Source of the DNA: Pseudodesulfovibrio piezophilus C1TLV30
GTDB lineage: Bacteria > Desulfobacterota > Desulfovibrionia > Desulfovibrionales > Desulfovibrionaceae
Direction of reading: 5' to 3'
Assembly (NCBI RefSeq): GCF_000341895.1
Contig: NC_020409.1
Location: 660,001 to 692,000 of the forward strand
DNA length: 32,000 nt
Part shown: positions 1 through 7,649 of the stretch, in pieces
Numbering within the stretch: the stretch's first letter is position 1
How the letters are laid out: each line of letters starts with the position of its first letter
Position numbers and translations under genes: made by a program
Notes under the pieces: model-generated
Seen by the model: the letters and a program-made list of their open reading frames with translations, nothing else
Told to the model about the DNA's origin: nothing
Database searches by the model: none

Positions 1-2354
1 AGTTTTACGTCACCTATGTTGCGAATTCGGGGAGCAAAACGAAATCCGAGCAAATGGCAAAGAGCAAACACATGGTCCGTAAAACCTGCGGTGTCAGTGT
101 AGTGTTCTTCAATATTGAGATTGCTTTCATGGTAAAGCAAGCCGTCCAGGACATAGGTTGCATCGCGTGCTGTTGCGTTGATGAGCTGGCTGTGAAATGG
201 GGTGTATTGATCCGAGATGTGGGTGTAGAAAATCACACCGGGATCTCGCCCATATCGGGCATTTACATCTCCGAGGCCTCGACCAACACTGCCAAGAGGA
301 AAGTGCTGCCCGTCTGAAGACGAGGTGGAGCCATCGCCCCACTGTCCTGCAAGTGGAATTATGTGGTGGTAATTGGTTATCTCAGCCAACCCTCTGGAAT
401 AGCATTCGCTTCTGACATACCAATCCGAAACCCAAGACAACTGTTTATACGAGGCCCCGGAACTAGCCTCTGCCATCCTTGTCAGTCCAAGATTAATCCC
501 ATCTGAGAGAATCACTGACAAAAGAGATTCCTTGTCTTGAGATGGTTGGCCAGTTCTCAAATGAGTGAATTGTTCGGTGAAACCTGTCCATTGATCTACT
601 TCAATGAGGAGATCGGTAATTTTAATGCGAGGAAGCTCTGCATATACGCGCCGGCTGAATTGCTTGGCTTCATCGGGAACAGAGTTACCCCTATATGGTT
701 GCATTGAAAGCCTACCATTCTTGAGACAAACCGTATCCAAATCATTGCTTCTGAGAAGCCTTTGGAATTCTTCCAACTGACTTTCAAGGAGTTCTTTCCG
801 CTCTGAGATGTATCTTGTGCAATCCGTTTCGACCGCTACAGGTATTTCACGAGACTCCTGAAGCTGACGAAAAGCGGAAGGGCCCATGAGGTATTCGTTG
901 AAATCTTCGAATTGACGGCTGCCTGGTACCCATACATCGCCAGAACGGAGTCGGTTACGGAGTTCGCTTAAAGCGCACAGTTCATAGTACCTACGGTTCA
1001 GGCCATCAGTTTCGAAAATAAATGGTTGCCAGCGTTTTGGGATAAATGAAGTAGGAACTTGGTCGGGCAATTTGCGTTTGCCCGTTTTGTTCATGTCACG
1101 GATGATATCAATAGCTGTAAGAACATCCCGTCCACCAGAGCTTGCACGGAAGTCAAAATGCTCCAACATGGTTGGAGCATACCGCCGAATCTGATTGAAA
1201 CTCGTGTCAACATAATGGAGATAATCGAACCGCTGAGGTTGAGACAGGTTTTCAGCAGCTTCAACCGTTGCACGAAAATCATCCCAGGACAGTTCAGCCT
1301 CGATTAGCTCCCAAGGGTCTAAATGCTCCTCACGCGCTTTGATTAAGGCTTGGCCAAGCTTTGAGAAAACGTTGACGGTTGTTTTGATGTTCTTTGCATC
1401 ATCTTGTAGCTGAGTAGCCTGTTTTCGTTGGCTACGCCGCATTAGGGAGCCAATGATGCGGTCATGCATGTTGACGACCTCATCCATTAAGGAGCGTTGA
1501 ATTTCAAGCAAGCATACGGTCATGATCGTATACCGTCTTTGTTCATTCAACATTCGCAGATTATGCACAGCAATTCGATTACCTTCTTGGGCAAGTTGCT
1601 TGCGGCGAATTGTCGGTACTGCGTCCAAGACCTCGGAAGGAAGACCAAGCAACCGGATAGCGGCCAACTTTTCCATTATCAAAATCACATTTATAGGAGA
1701 AGGACGGCCAGCAGGTTGACGAATCCATGAAAGTCTACTCTGTGATTTCTCGCCTCGTGGATTAAGCCAAAATTTAAGATCAGCCTGGTGCCTGTCGGAC
1801 AACAGGCCGGTCACTTCATTGTAGACTCTGCGATCTGCTTGGATCTTCACCTGGGCAACGAGGCGTTCCACAACTGTCAAAGCAGGATGCAGAATTTTGC
1901 GACGTCTCAATTCATTTAGGGTTGCACCTACAAGGAAAGTACTCTTTGGATTGTCTACAGCAATTGGCGTCAGCCAGCGCACCATCTCTTGATAGTGACT
2001 ATCTCCAAATCTTGAAAGCCGGAAAAACTCTATCAAGGTCTTAAAATGCTCTCTGCGCGTCTGGTCTCTGTCCGCGTAGCCACAGAAGACTTCCGACTCT
2101 TCTTCTATTTGCTCTGCAATGAATTCGACCAAGGAATCGGGAATTTCATCATCGGGTCGTAAGGCCCTTCCAGGGAATTTGATGAGACAGAGTTGTAAAG
2201 CAAATCCGAGCCGATTGCGTGGCCGTCTACATTTGGAAATAAGTGCAAGTTCGTCTTCGTCCAAAACGTAGTACCGTGTGAGTAAATCCGGAACGCTTGG
2301 TAAGACTTCAAAAACGGTTCTCTGGGAAGAGGAAAGGACTGTTCTGCGAGGCAT
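1..2354 (-). CDS. tnpA: Tn3-family DDE transposase TnpA, N-terminal ~784 codons; C-terminus lies beyond the left window edge
   Basis: Not in the ORF track because there is no stop inside the window. Hand translation from ATG at 2354 gives [65 protein letters not shown]. Near the edge it gives [34 protein letters not shown]. Both are hallmark Tn3/Tn21-type TnpA blocks. No fragment ORFs are reported in this minus frame, consistent with one uninterrupted reading frame. Confidence 0.9.
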   Translation of the reverse strand, partial: [784 protein letters not shown]

Positions 2355-2490
2355 TTGAACCCACTTGTATCTTTTCTAGAATCAATAACGTATTGTTAAC
2401 ATAGTTTGTGATACGGAATAAGGTACAGGATATCGTACCTACCTGAACTATATTGGACATGTAACTCAAACGAGGGTTTGTGAACAGCCT
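2355..2490. promoter_or_regulatory. res-type resolution site / divergent tnpA-tnpR promoter region
   Basis: 136-bp region between divergent tnpA and tnpR, where res lies in Tn3-type elements. It contains the dyad AGGTAC-N8-GTACCT (2421-2440), centred on an AT dinucleotide, and the palindrome TGTTAACA (2394-2401). Subsites I-III were not delimited. Confidence 0.55.
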
Positions 2491-3117
2491 ATGAAAATTG
2501 GTTACGCACGAGTGTCAAAAGCTGATGGCTCACAAAATTTAGATCTCCAACGAGATGCTTTGCTGAAGGCAGGAGTTCCTGCTAAGCGCATTTATGAAGA
2601 CATGGCTTCCGGCAAGAAAGGCAAACGTCCAGGTTTGGACGCTTGCCTAAAAGCTCTACGCCAAGGAGACATTCTGTTGATTTGGAAGCTTGATCGCCTA
2701 GGGCGAGATCTCAAGCACCTTGTATGCGTGGTGCAAGAACTTGCTGAGAAGGATATTGGCTTTAAAGTCCTCACAGGGCGTGGGGCAGATATCGACACAA
2801 CCTCTGCAAGTGGCAAGCTGATTTTTGGCATCTTCGCAGCCCTTGCCGAGTTCGAGCGTGAATTGATCAGAGAGCGAACCATGGCAGGGCTTGAAGCCGC
2901 CCGCGCTCGCGGTCGCAAGGGAGGACGGCGATTCGCTCTAAACAAGACCCAAGTACAAATGGCGCAAGCTGCAATGAAAAACAAGACAACTAGCGTGAGG
3001 AATCTCTGTAAAGAGCTTGGGGTAACACGGGTCACCCTTTATAGGTATGTAAGTCCAAGTGGTGCGTTAAGGGGGCATGGCATACAGGTTTTAAATCCAC
3101 ATGCCCCACATGCATAA
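2491..3117 (+). CDS. tnpR: Serine recombinase, Tn3-family resolvase TnpR
   Basis: 208 aa. N-terminal MKIGYARVSKADGSQNLDLQ is the catalytic-serine motif. It also has a GRKGGR hinge and a C-terminal HTH (VRNLCKELGVTRVTLYRY). Divergent from tnpA. Confidence 0.9.
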   Translation: MKIGYARVSKADGSQNLDLQRDALLKAGVPAKRIYEDMASGKKGKRPGLDACLKALRQGDILLIWKLDRLGRDLKHLVCVVQELAEKDIGFKVLTGRGADIDTTSASGKLIFGIFAALAEFERELIRERTMAGLEAARARGRKGGRRFALNKTQVQMAQAAMKNKTTSVRNLCKELGVTRVTLYRYVSPSGALRGHGIQVLNPHAPHA

Positions 3118-3144
3118 GTCGTCAACTTCATTTATTGCGATATC

Positions 3145-3408
3145 TTATTGTCTTGTCAGCACTTCCTTCATTCGTTGGTATTCATCCGCAGTGAGTTCTC
3201 CCTTTGCGAATTTTTCCTTGATGATGTTCAGGGAGTCATCTCTGTCCGGTCGTCCACCTTGTCGGGAGGTGAAGGCTTGAAAGAGTTTGGAGATGAGATA
3301 CACCGCAACCAATGCGAGAAGTATCATCCAAATGAATCCAAACATGCCGCCTCCCATGAACCAGCCGGGGCCACCGCCATTCAATATTCCAAAATTACAA
3401 CTCCACAT
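3145..3408 (-). CDS. Small SHOCT-domain membrane protein
   Basis: 87 aa with a Gly-rich N-terminus and one TM segment (IWMILLALVAVYLISKLF). The C-terminal KFAKGELTADEYQRMKEVL is a SHOCT-type motif. SD AAGGAGA lies 7 nt upstream of the ATG. It lies 70 nt downstream of the ZraP-like gene on the same strand. Confidence 0.7.
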   Translation of the reverse strand: MWSCNFGILNGGGPGWFMGGGMFGFIWMILLALVAVYLISKLFQAFTSRQGGRPDRDDSLNIIKEKFAKGELTADEYQRMKEVLTRQ

Positions 3409-3439
3409 GATTTAATCTCCTTATGAGCATGAGAGGTGA

Positions 3440-3457
3440 GGGGGAGTTTCCTCCCCC
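3440..3457 (-). promoter_or_regulatory. GC-rich intercistronic hairpin between the ZraP-like and SHOCT genes
   Basis: GGGGGAG-TTTC-CTCCCCC: perfect 7-bp stem with a 4-nt loop. No T-tract follows on the minus strand, so it is not a classical terminator. Confidence 0.4.
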
Positions 3458-3477
3458 ATCGAATTCGAGATTCAGAC

Positions 3478-3942
3478 CTACCAACGGGGGCAGTTGTAGC
3501 CGTATCCATTATCGTAGCCATTGTAACCCATCATACCGGGACCCATACCACGCCCCATCATGCCTCGGCCCATTCCGCGTCCCATCATGCCGGGACCCAT
3601 CATGCCATTGGTCGGGAGATTCTGAGCAGCAGCCTTTTCATTGAGGGTGGTGATGCCCTCATTGATCTGCTTTGTCAGGCTGCGGACCTTCTTTGCATCA
3701 GGATTAGGACTGGCCATGATAGCGGCCAGTTCAGCGCGGTCTGCATCAATCTCTGCCCTCAGCTTGGCGGTGGAGTTCAGGAAGTCCTGATACGCCTTGT
3801 TGTTGGTGTCGAAGGATTGTGCATTGTATCCATTGCCATTCCAACCTCCGCAGTTGCCGTATCCCCATGCCATTGCATCGGTTGCGACGAAAGCGAGACC
3901 AACAGCCATAACCAGTGCCAAAGCGATAATGTTCTTCTTCAT
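3478..3942 (-). CDS. zraP: ZraP/Spy/CpxP-family periplasmic stress protein with Gly/Met-rich tail
   Basis: The track ORF is 3478-3984. The signal peptide MKKNIIALALVMAVGLAFVATDAMA begins at ATG 3942, with SD AGGAGA 7 nt upstream. The central helical segment is AKLRAEIDADRAELAAIMASPNPDAKKVRSLTKQINE. The C-terminal tail is GMMGPGMMGRGMGRGMMGRGMGPGMMG. It is divergent from a sigma-54 HK/RR pair, as in E. coli zraP-zraSR. Confidence 0.72.
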   Translation of the reverse strand: MKKNIIALALVMAVGLAFVATDAMAWGYGNCGGWNGNGYNAQSFDTNNKAYQDFLNSTAKLRAEIDADRAELAAIMASPNPDAKKVRSLTKQINEGITTLNEKAAAQNLPTNGMMGPGMMGRGMGRGMMGRGMGPGMMGYNGYDNGYGYNCPRW

Positions 3943-3991
3943 GATAATTTCTCCTATTGAGTGTTTTGTGAACAAGCTTTGCAATGACTAA

Positions 3992-4007
3992 GGCAAGACT
4001 GATGCCA
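3992..4007 (-). promoter_or_regulatory. Sigma-54 (-24/-12) promoter for the ZraP-like operon
   Basis: The minus strand reads TGGCAT-CAGTC-TTGCC. This matches TGGCAC-N5-TTGCW with the correct GG-N10-GC spacing. It lies about 50 nt upstream of the ATG at 3942, and a sigma-54 activator is encoded next door. Confidence 0.65.
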
Positions 4008-4187
4008 AAGAATGAACAAACTCTACAAGTCGCACTTAATATTGGAGAAAAGTATTTTCCAGCGGAATCCGCCGCGTGATCTGGATTGAGAAGGTAGGCG
4101 TGAGTGCTTAAAAAGTGTACACATGAGGCATGCAGAGTGTCTAAATTTTAGCCAGGCTGTCTCGATCTGAAAAAGGAAAGCCGAATA

Positions 4188-6029
4188 ATGAAGAAAAGAA
4201 TCAACAATTTTTTGGGAAATATGTCGCCTTGGGCTGTTATCGGGATGAGCCTTATCCTTGTAATCGTGGTGCTCGTTTTGGCATTCATGAATTACAATCG
4301 CGAAAAACAATATATGGGACGGGTGCTCAGTGAGAAAGGCTCGGCCTTGATCAAAGCCTTTGAAGCAGGAACACGCACTGGAATGATGGGCATGCTCGGT
4401 GAGGGACCCAACCTGCAAGTGTTGATGCAAGAAATCGCGACCCAACCCGACATCCTCTACATTGCCGTGGTAGACTCCTCCGGAGAAATTCTGGCGCATA
4501 GTAATGAAGTTGAAATCGGTCAGCAGTTTATCTCCGAAAAGGATTTGACCGAGTTGGCTGTCACCAAGGATTCTCAGTGGCGTGTCGTAGATGAACCCGA
4601 AGGCACAAAGTCTTTCGAGGTGTTCAAGCGATTCCTTCCTGCTTTGGCACAGCGCACTCAGTCTGGCCTGCCTGCAGCAATGCAGCAAAGAAGAAGCCAG
4701 ATGATGCAGCGTATGATGGGCAGACAGTCAGGAGGCATGTCCGATGATTGGTGCCAACCGGGCTGGATGAGTGGACTTAAACAGGACAGGATATTGGACC
4801 CAGCCGAACGACCTGCCATATTTATTGGTATGGACGTAGCTCCGTTCGAAGAGGCCATTGCCGAAGACGTTTCATTAACATTGACTATGTCAGGTATCCT
4901 GCTGCTCTTGGGCCTTGGTGGCGTGGTGTCTTTGTTCTGGATGCAAAGCCACACACGGTCCAAGAAGCTTTTGCAGGACTCTCAAGCGTTGACCGCAGAG
5001 ATGGTAGCGAACATCCCAGAAGGTCTGGTTGTATGCGATCCTGATGGACGAATCACCTATGCAAACGACATTGCCCTTGCTCTGTTGGCACGTGATTATG
5101 ATGATATCACACGGATTGTGGGACAACAGGCCAAAACCCTCTTGCCCGATGAACTCTGGGTGCTTCGCTCCTCAGTAAATACAGAGCAGCAGGTAGTTGA
5201 GAAAGAAATGGAGCTTGCGTTGAATGACGGACATAAGTTGCCTATAGCGGCGGTTGTAACTGATATCATCACCGAAGAGGGAGTCAATGTTGGCCAGTTA
5301 TTTATGGTTCGCGACCTGAGTCAGGTCAAAGAACTCCAAGAAGAGGTTCGCAAAGCCGATAGAATGGCAGCTATTGGTCATCTTGCCGCAGGTGTTGCTC
5401 ATGAGGTGCGCAACCCTCTGAGTTCCATCAAGGGCTATGCAACATACTTCGGCTCCCTTTTTGATGAAGGCAGCGACAATCGAAAGGCAGCAGAGGTCAT
5501 GACCTCGGAAGTTGATCGACTGAACCGAGTCATATCTGAACTCCTTGAAATGGCCCGTCCTGCTGACGTCAAACTGCGCGATACGGATGTCTCAACGCTT
5601 CTTGAAAGCTCTCTGCGCTTGGTTAAACAGGAGGCCGAAAGTGCGGGTGTGTCCGTGTCCTTGGAGACCTCCAAAGACATTGGAGATGTCATCCTCGACC
5701 CGGATCGGATGACGCAAGCCATGATCAACCTTTACGTCAATGCCATTCAGGCCATGCCGGATGGAGGCACGCTTGCAGTCGATGCCAACAGGCATGGAGC
5801 TTTCTTGCAGTTGACGGTTTCAGATACAGGCGCAGGGCTTTCTGATGCTGATGTGTCGCGCATATTTGACCCGTACTTCACCACCAAACAGACCGGAACA
5901 GGGTTGGGCCTTGCCATCGTGAGCAAGATTGTCGAAGCCCATTCCGGCGAAATCAAAGTTGAATATACCGGGCCAAATGGAACAGCTTTTACCATTCTCA
6001 TTCCGATAGAATCAAAAGGAACGGCGTAA
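4188..6029 (+). CDS. zraS: Membrane sensor histidine kinase, ZraS/HydH-like
   Basis: 613 aa. Two TM segments bracket a ~200-aa periplasmic domain, followed by a PAS-like region. H-box HEVRNPLSSIKG; ATPase boxes NLYVNAIQAM, DTGAGL and GTGLGLAI. Confidence 0.85.
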   Translation: MKKRINNFLGNMSPWAVIGMSLILVIVVLVLAFMNYNREKQYMGRVLSEKGSALIKAFEAGTRTGMMGMLGEGPNLQVLMQEIATQPDILYIAVVDSSGEILAHSNEVEIGQQFISEKDLTELAVTKDSQWRVVDEPEGTKSFEVFKRFLPALAQRTQSGLPAAMQQRRSQMMQRMMGRQSGGMSDDWCQPGWMSGLKQDRILDPAERPAIFIGMDVAPFEEAIAEDVSLTLTMSGILLLLGLGGVVSLFWMQSHTRSKKLLQDSQALTAEMVANIPEGLVVCDPDGRITYANDIALALLARDYDDITRIVGQQAKTLLPDELWVLRSSVNTEQQVVEKEMELALNDGHKLPIAAVVTDIITEEGVNVGQLFMVRDLSQVKELQEEVRKADRMAAIGHLAAGVAHEVRNPLSSIKGYATYFGSLFDEGSDNRKAAEVMTSEVDRLNRVISELLEMARPADVKLRDTDVSTLLESSLRLVKQEAESAGVSVSLETSKDIGDVILDPDRMTQAMINLYVNAIQAMPDGGTLAVDANRHGAFLQLTVSDTGAGLSDADVSRIFDPYFTTKQTGTGLGLAIVSKIVEAHSGEIKVEYTGPNGTAFTILIPIESKGTA

Positions 6030-6031
6030 AT

Positions 6032-7402
6032 ATGAGTGCCAAGATTTTAGTTGTAGACGATGACAAAGCACACCTATCAATGCTTGAAACGATGCTTACG
6101 GGGTGGGGGTATGCTGTTGTGGGCGTGGAAGATGGGGCAGACGCCATTGAGAAGGTGAAGGAGGCTCCCTTTGACGCTGTTCTGATGGACGTCAGAATGG
6201 CAAGAATCGGTGGCATTGAAGCCCTGAGCCAGATCAAGGAATATAACCCGGCCATTCCGGTTGTGATCATGACCGCATACTCTTCCGTTGATACGGCTGT
6301 GGAGGCGATGAAGTTGGGGGCGTATGACTACCTGACCAAGCCCTTGAACTTTGATGAACTCAATATGACTTTGGAGCGTTCTCTGGACCACATGACGCTC
6401 ATCAAGGAAAACCAGTCCCTCAAAGAGAGAATATCGGAAGACTCAAGCCTGACGGACATTATCGGCAACAGCAAGCCCATGAACGAGCTTATCAGTATGG
6501 TTAAGACTGTCGCATCGACTGAGGCCACGATCTTGATCTCCGGCGAGAGTGGCACCGGGAAGGAACTGTTTGCCAAAGCGATCCACGCAAACAGCAACCG
6601 GAAGAAGGCATCGCTTGTGACTGTCAATTGCGCTGCCCTGACTGACACTCTCTTAGAATCAGAACTCTTCGGCCATGAAAAAGGTGCGTTCACTGGAGCA
6701 GACAAGAAAAGGGATGGCCGTTTCATGCAAGCCAACGGTGGTTCCATATTCTTGGATGAGGTTGGTGAAATACCGATGCCAATGCAGGCAAAGTTGCTCC
6801 GGGCAATTCAAGAGCGAGAAATCCAACGAGTCGGCAGTGACAAAGTCTTGAAGGTTGATGTCCGAATCATCGCAGCAACCAACAGAGACCTCTTGGTTGA
6901 AGTCGAAAAAGGGAATTTCCGAGAAGACCTGTATTACAGGCTGAACGTGGTGAACCTCTGGATTCCGTCTTTGAAGGAGCGTGGAGAGGATACACCACTG
7001 TTGGCTACATTTTTCTTGAAGCGTTTCTCCGAGTTCAACAGAAAGCAGTTGAAGGGATTTACCCCCATGGCAATGGATGTGCTCGTGAAATATGATTGGC
7101 CCGGAAATGTCCGTGAACTGGAAAACGCAGTGGAAAGAGCAGTCATTCTTTCCGCTGGTGAATACGTGTCTGAAAAGGATTTGCCTTCAGCACTTACGCA
7201 GCATTTCGAAAATGTTAGTGGCTCCAATGGAGGCCAGCATCACGTAGGCGGCAAGTCGCTGCAAGAGATCGAAAAGGTTGCCATCGAAGAAACGCTGACA
7301 CAGACGGAAGGCAATAAAAGCGAGGCGGCAAAGCTGCTGGGCATCACGCGCACGACGTTGGACAATAAGATCAAGAAGTATGAAATATTTATTAAGAAAT
7401 AA
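6032..7402 (+). CDS. zraR: Sigma-54-dependent response regulator (NtrC family), ZraR/HydG-like
   Basis: 456 aa. Receiver domain (ILVVDDD, DVRM); AAA+ activator core with GESGTGKE and the GAFTGA loop; C-terminal Fis-type HTH (AAKLLGITRTTLDNKIKKY). The start codon is 3 nt after the kinase stop. Confidence 0.9.
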   Translation: MSAKILVVDDDKAHLSMLETMLTGWGYAVVGVEDGADAIEKVKEAPFDAVLMDVRMARIGGIEALSQIKEYNPAIPVVIMTAYSSVDTAVEAMKLGAYDYLTKPLNFDELNMTLERSLDHMTLIKENQSLKERISEDSSLTDIIGNSKPMNELISMVKTVASTEATILISGESGTGKELFAKAIHANSNRKKASLVTVNCAALTDTLLESELFGHEKGAFTGADKKRDGRFMQANGGSIFLDEVGEIPMPMQAKLLRAIQEREIQRVGSDKVLKVDVRIIAATNRDLLVEVEKGNFREDLYYRLNVVNLWIPSLKERGEDTPLLATFFLKRFSEFNRKQLKGFTPMAMDVLVKYDWPGNVRELENAVERAVILSAGEYVSEKDLPSALTQHFENVSGSNGGQHHVGGKSLQEIEKVAIEETLTQTEGNKSEAAKLLGITRTTLDNKIKKYEIFIKK

Positions 7403-7491
7403 CGATCGCGTTTTTTTACTGTCTCGCAATTAGAAATTATTATTACAACAGTCAGACATTTAAGAGGAGGGGGAACCACTTGGGGCGCTTT

Positions 7492-7530
7492 CTAAGCGTG
7501 CGTTTTTTCCCTTTCTATGGAGTGTCCCCC
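7492..7530 (-). repeat. Terminal inverted repeat (right end) of the Tn3-family transposon
   Basis: The reverse strand reads GGGGGACACTCCATAGAAAGGGAAAAAACGCACGCTTAG. Outer GGGG and inner ACGCT(T)AG are the Tn3-family IR signature. From memory, the Tn501/Tn1721 IR is GGGGGAACCGCAGAATTCGGAAAAAATCGTACGCTAAG. With GGGGG outermost at 7530, the element lies to the left. Confidence 0.75.
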
Positions 7531-7541
7531 TGAAGACGACT

Positions 7542-7573
7542 AAACGGAGGCGGCTTTCAAGCCGCCTCCGTTT
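7542..7573. terminator. Strong symmetric hairpin (possible bidirectional terminator)
   Basis: AAACGGAGGCGGC-TTTCAA-GCCGCCTCCGTTT: perfect 13-bp stem with A/T-run ends. It starts 12 nt outside the transposon IR. Confidence 0.5.
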
Positions 7574-7583
7574 ATGTGCCCCT

Positions 7584-7620
7584 AAACAAAACGGCCCGAC
7601 ACTTCCCCAAGTGTCGGGCC
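7584..7620 (-). terminator. Rho-independent terminator of the island operon
   Basis: GGCCCGACACT-TCCCCA-AGTGTCGGGCC: perfect 11-bp stem. On the minus strand it is followed by GTTTTGTTT. It lies 30 nt downstream of the stop of the 195-aa gene. Confidence 0.7.
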
Positions 7621-7649
7621 ATTCAAGGAGAAAGGGGCAACGCTGAAAG

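Larger units (their letters stand above)
1..7530. mobile_element. Tn3-family transposon (partial; left end outside window) with zraP-SHOCT / zraSR-like passenger genes
   Basis: tnpA, res and tnpR in Tn3 arrangement, plus a terminal IR at 7492-7530. The passenger genes all lie between tnpR and the IR. Confidence 0.75.

Noticed and set aside
2592-3035. 147-aa minus-strand ORF inside tnpR
   Set aside because: It is an Arg/Ser/Pro-rich antisense shadow of a well-supported resolvase gene.
3436-3960. 174-aa plus-strand ORF, with 3423-3644 and 3797-3991
   Set aside because: It is antisense to the ZraP-like gene. The open frame is a by-product of the Gly/Met repeat codons (His/Thr/Pro-rich junk). 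It has no SD, whereas the minus-strand gene has a signal peptide, an SD and a sigma-54 promoter.
4023-4688. 221-aa minus-strand ORF spanning the zraP/zraS intergenic region and the kinase 5' end
   Set aside because: It overlaps the promoter region and the kinase gene in antisense. It has no recognisable motif and no SD.
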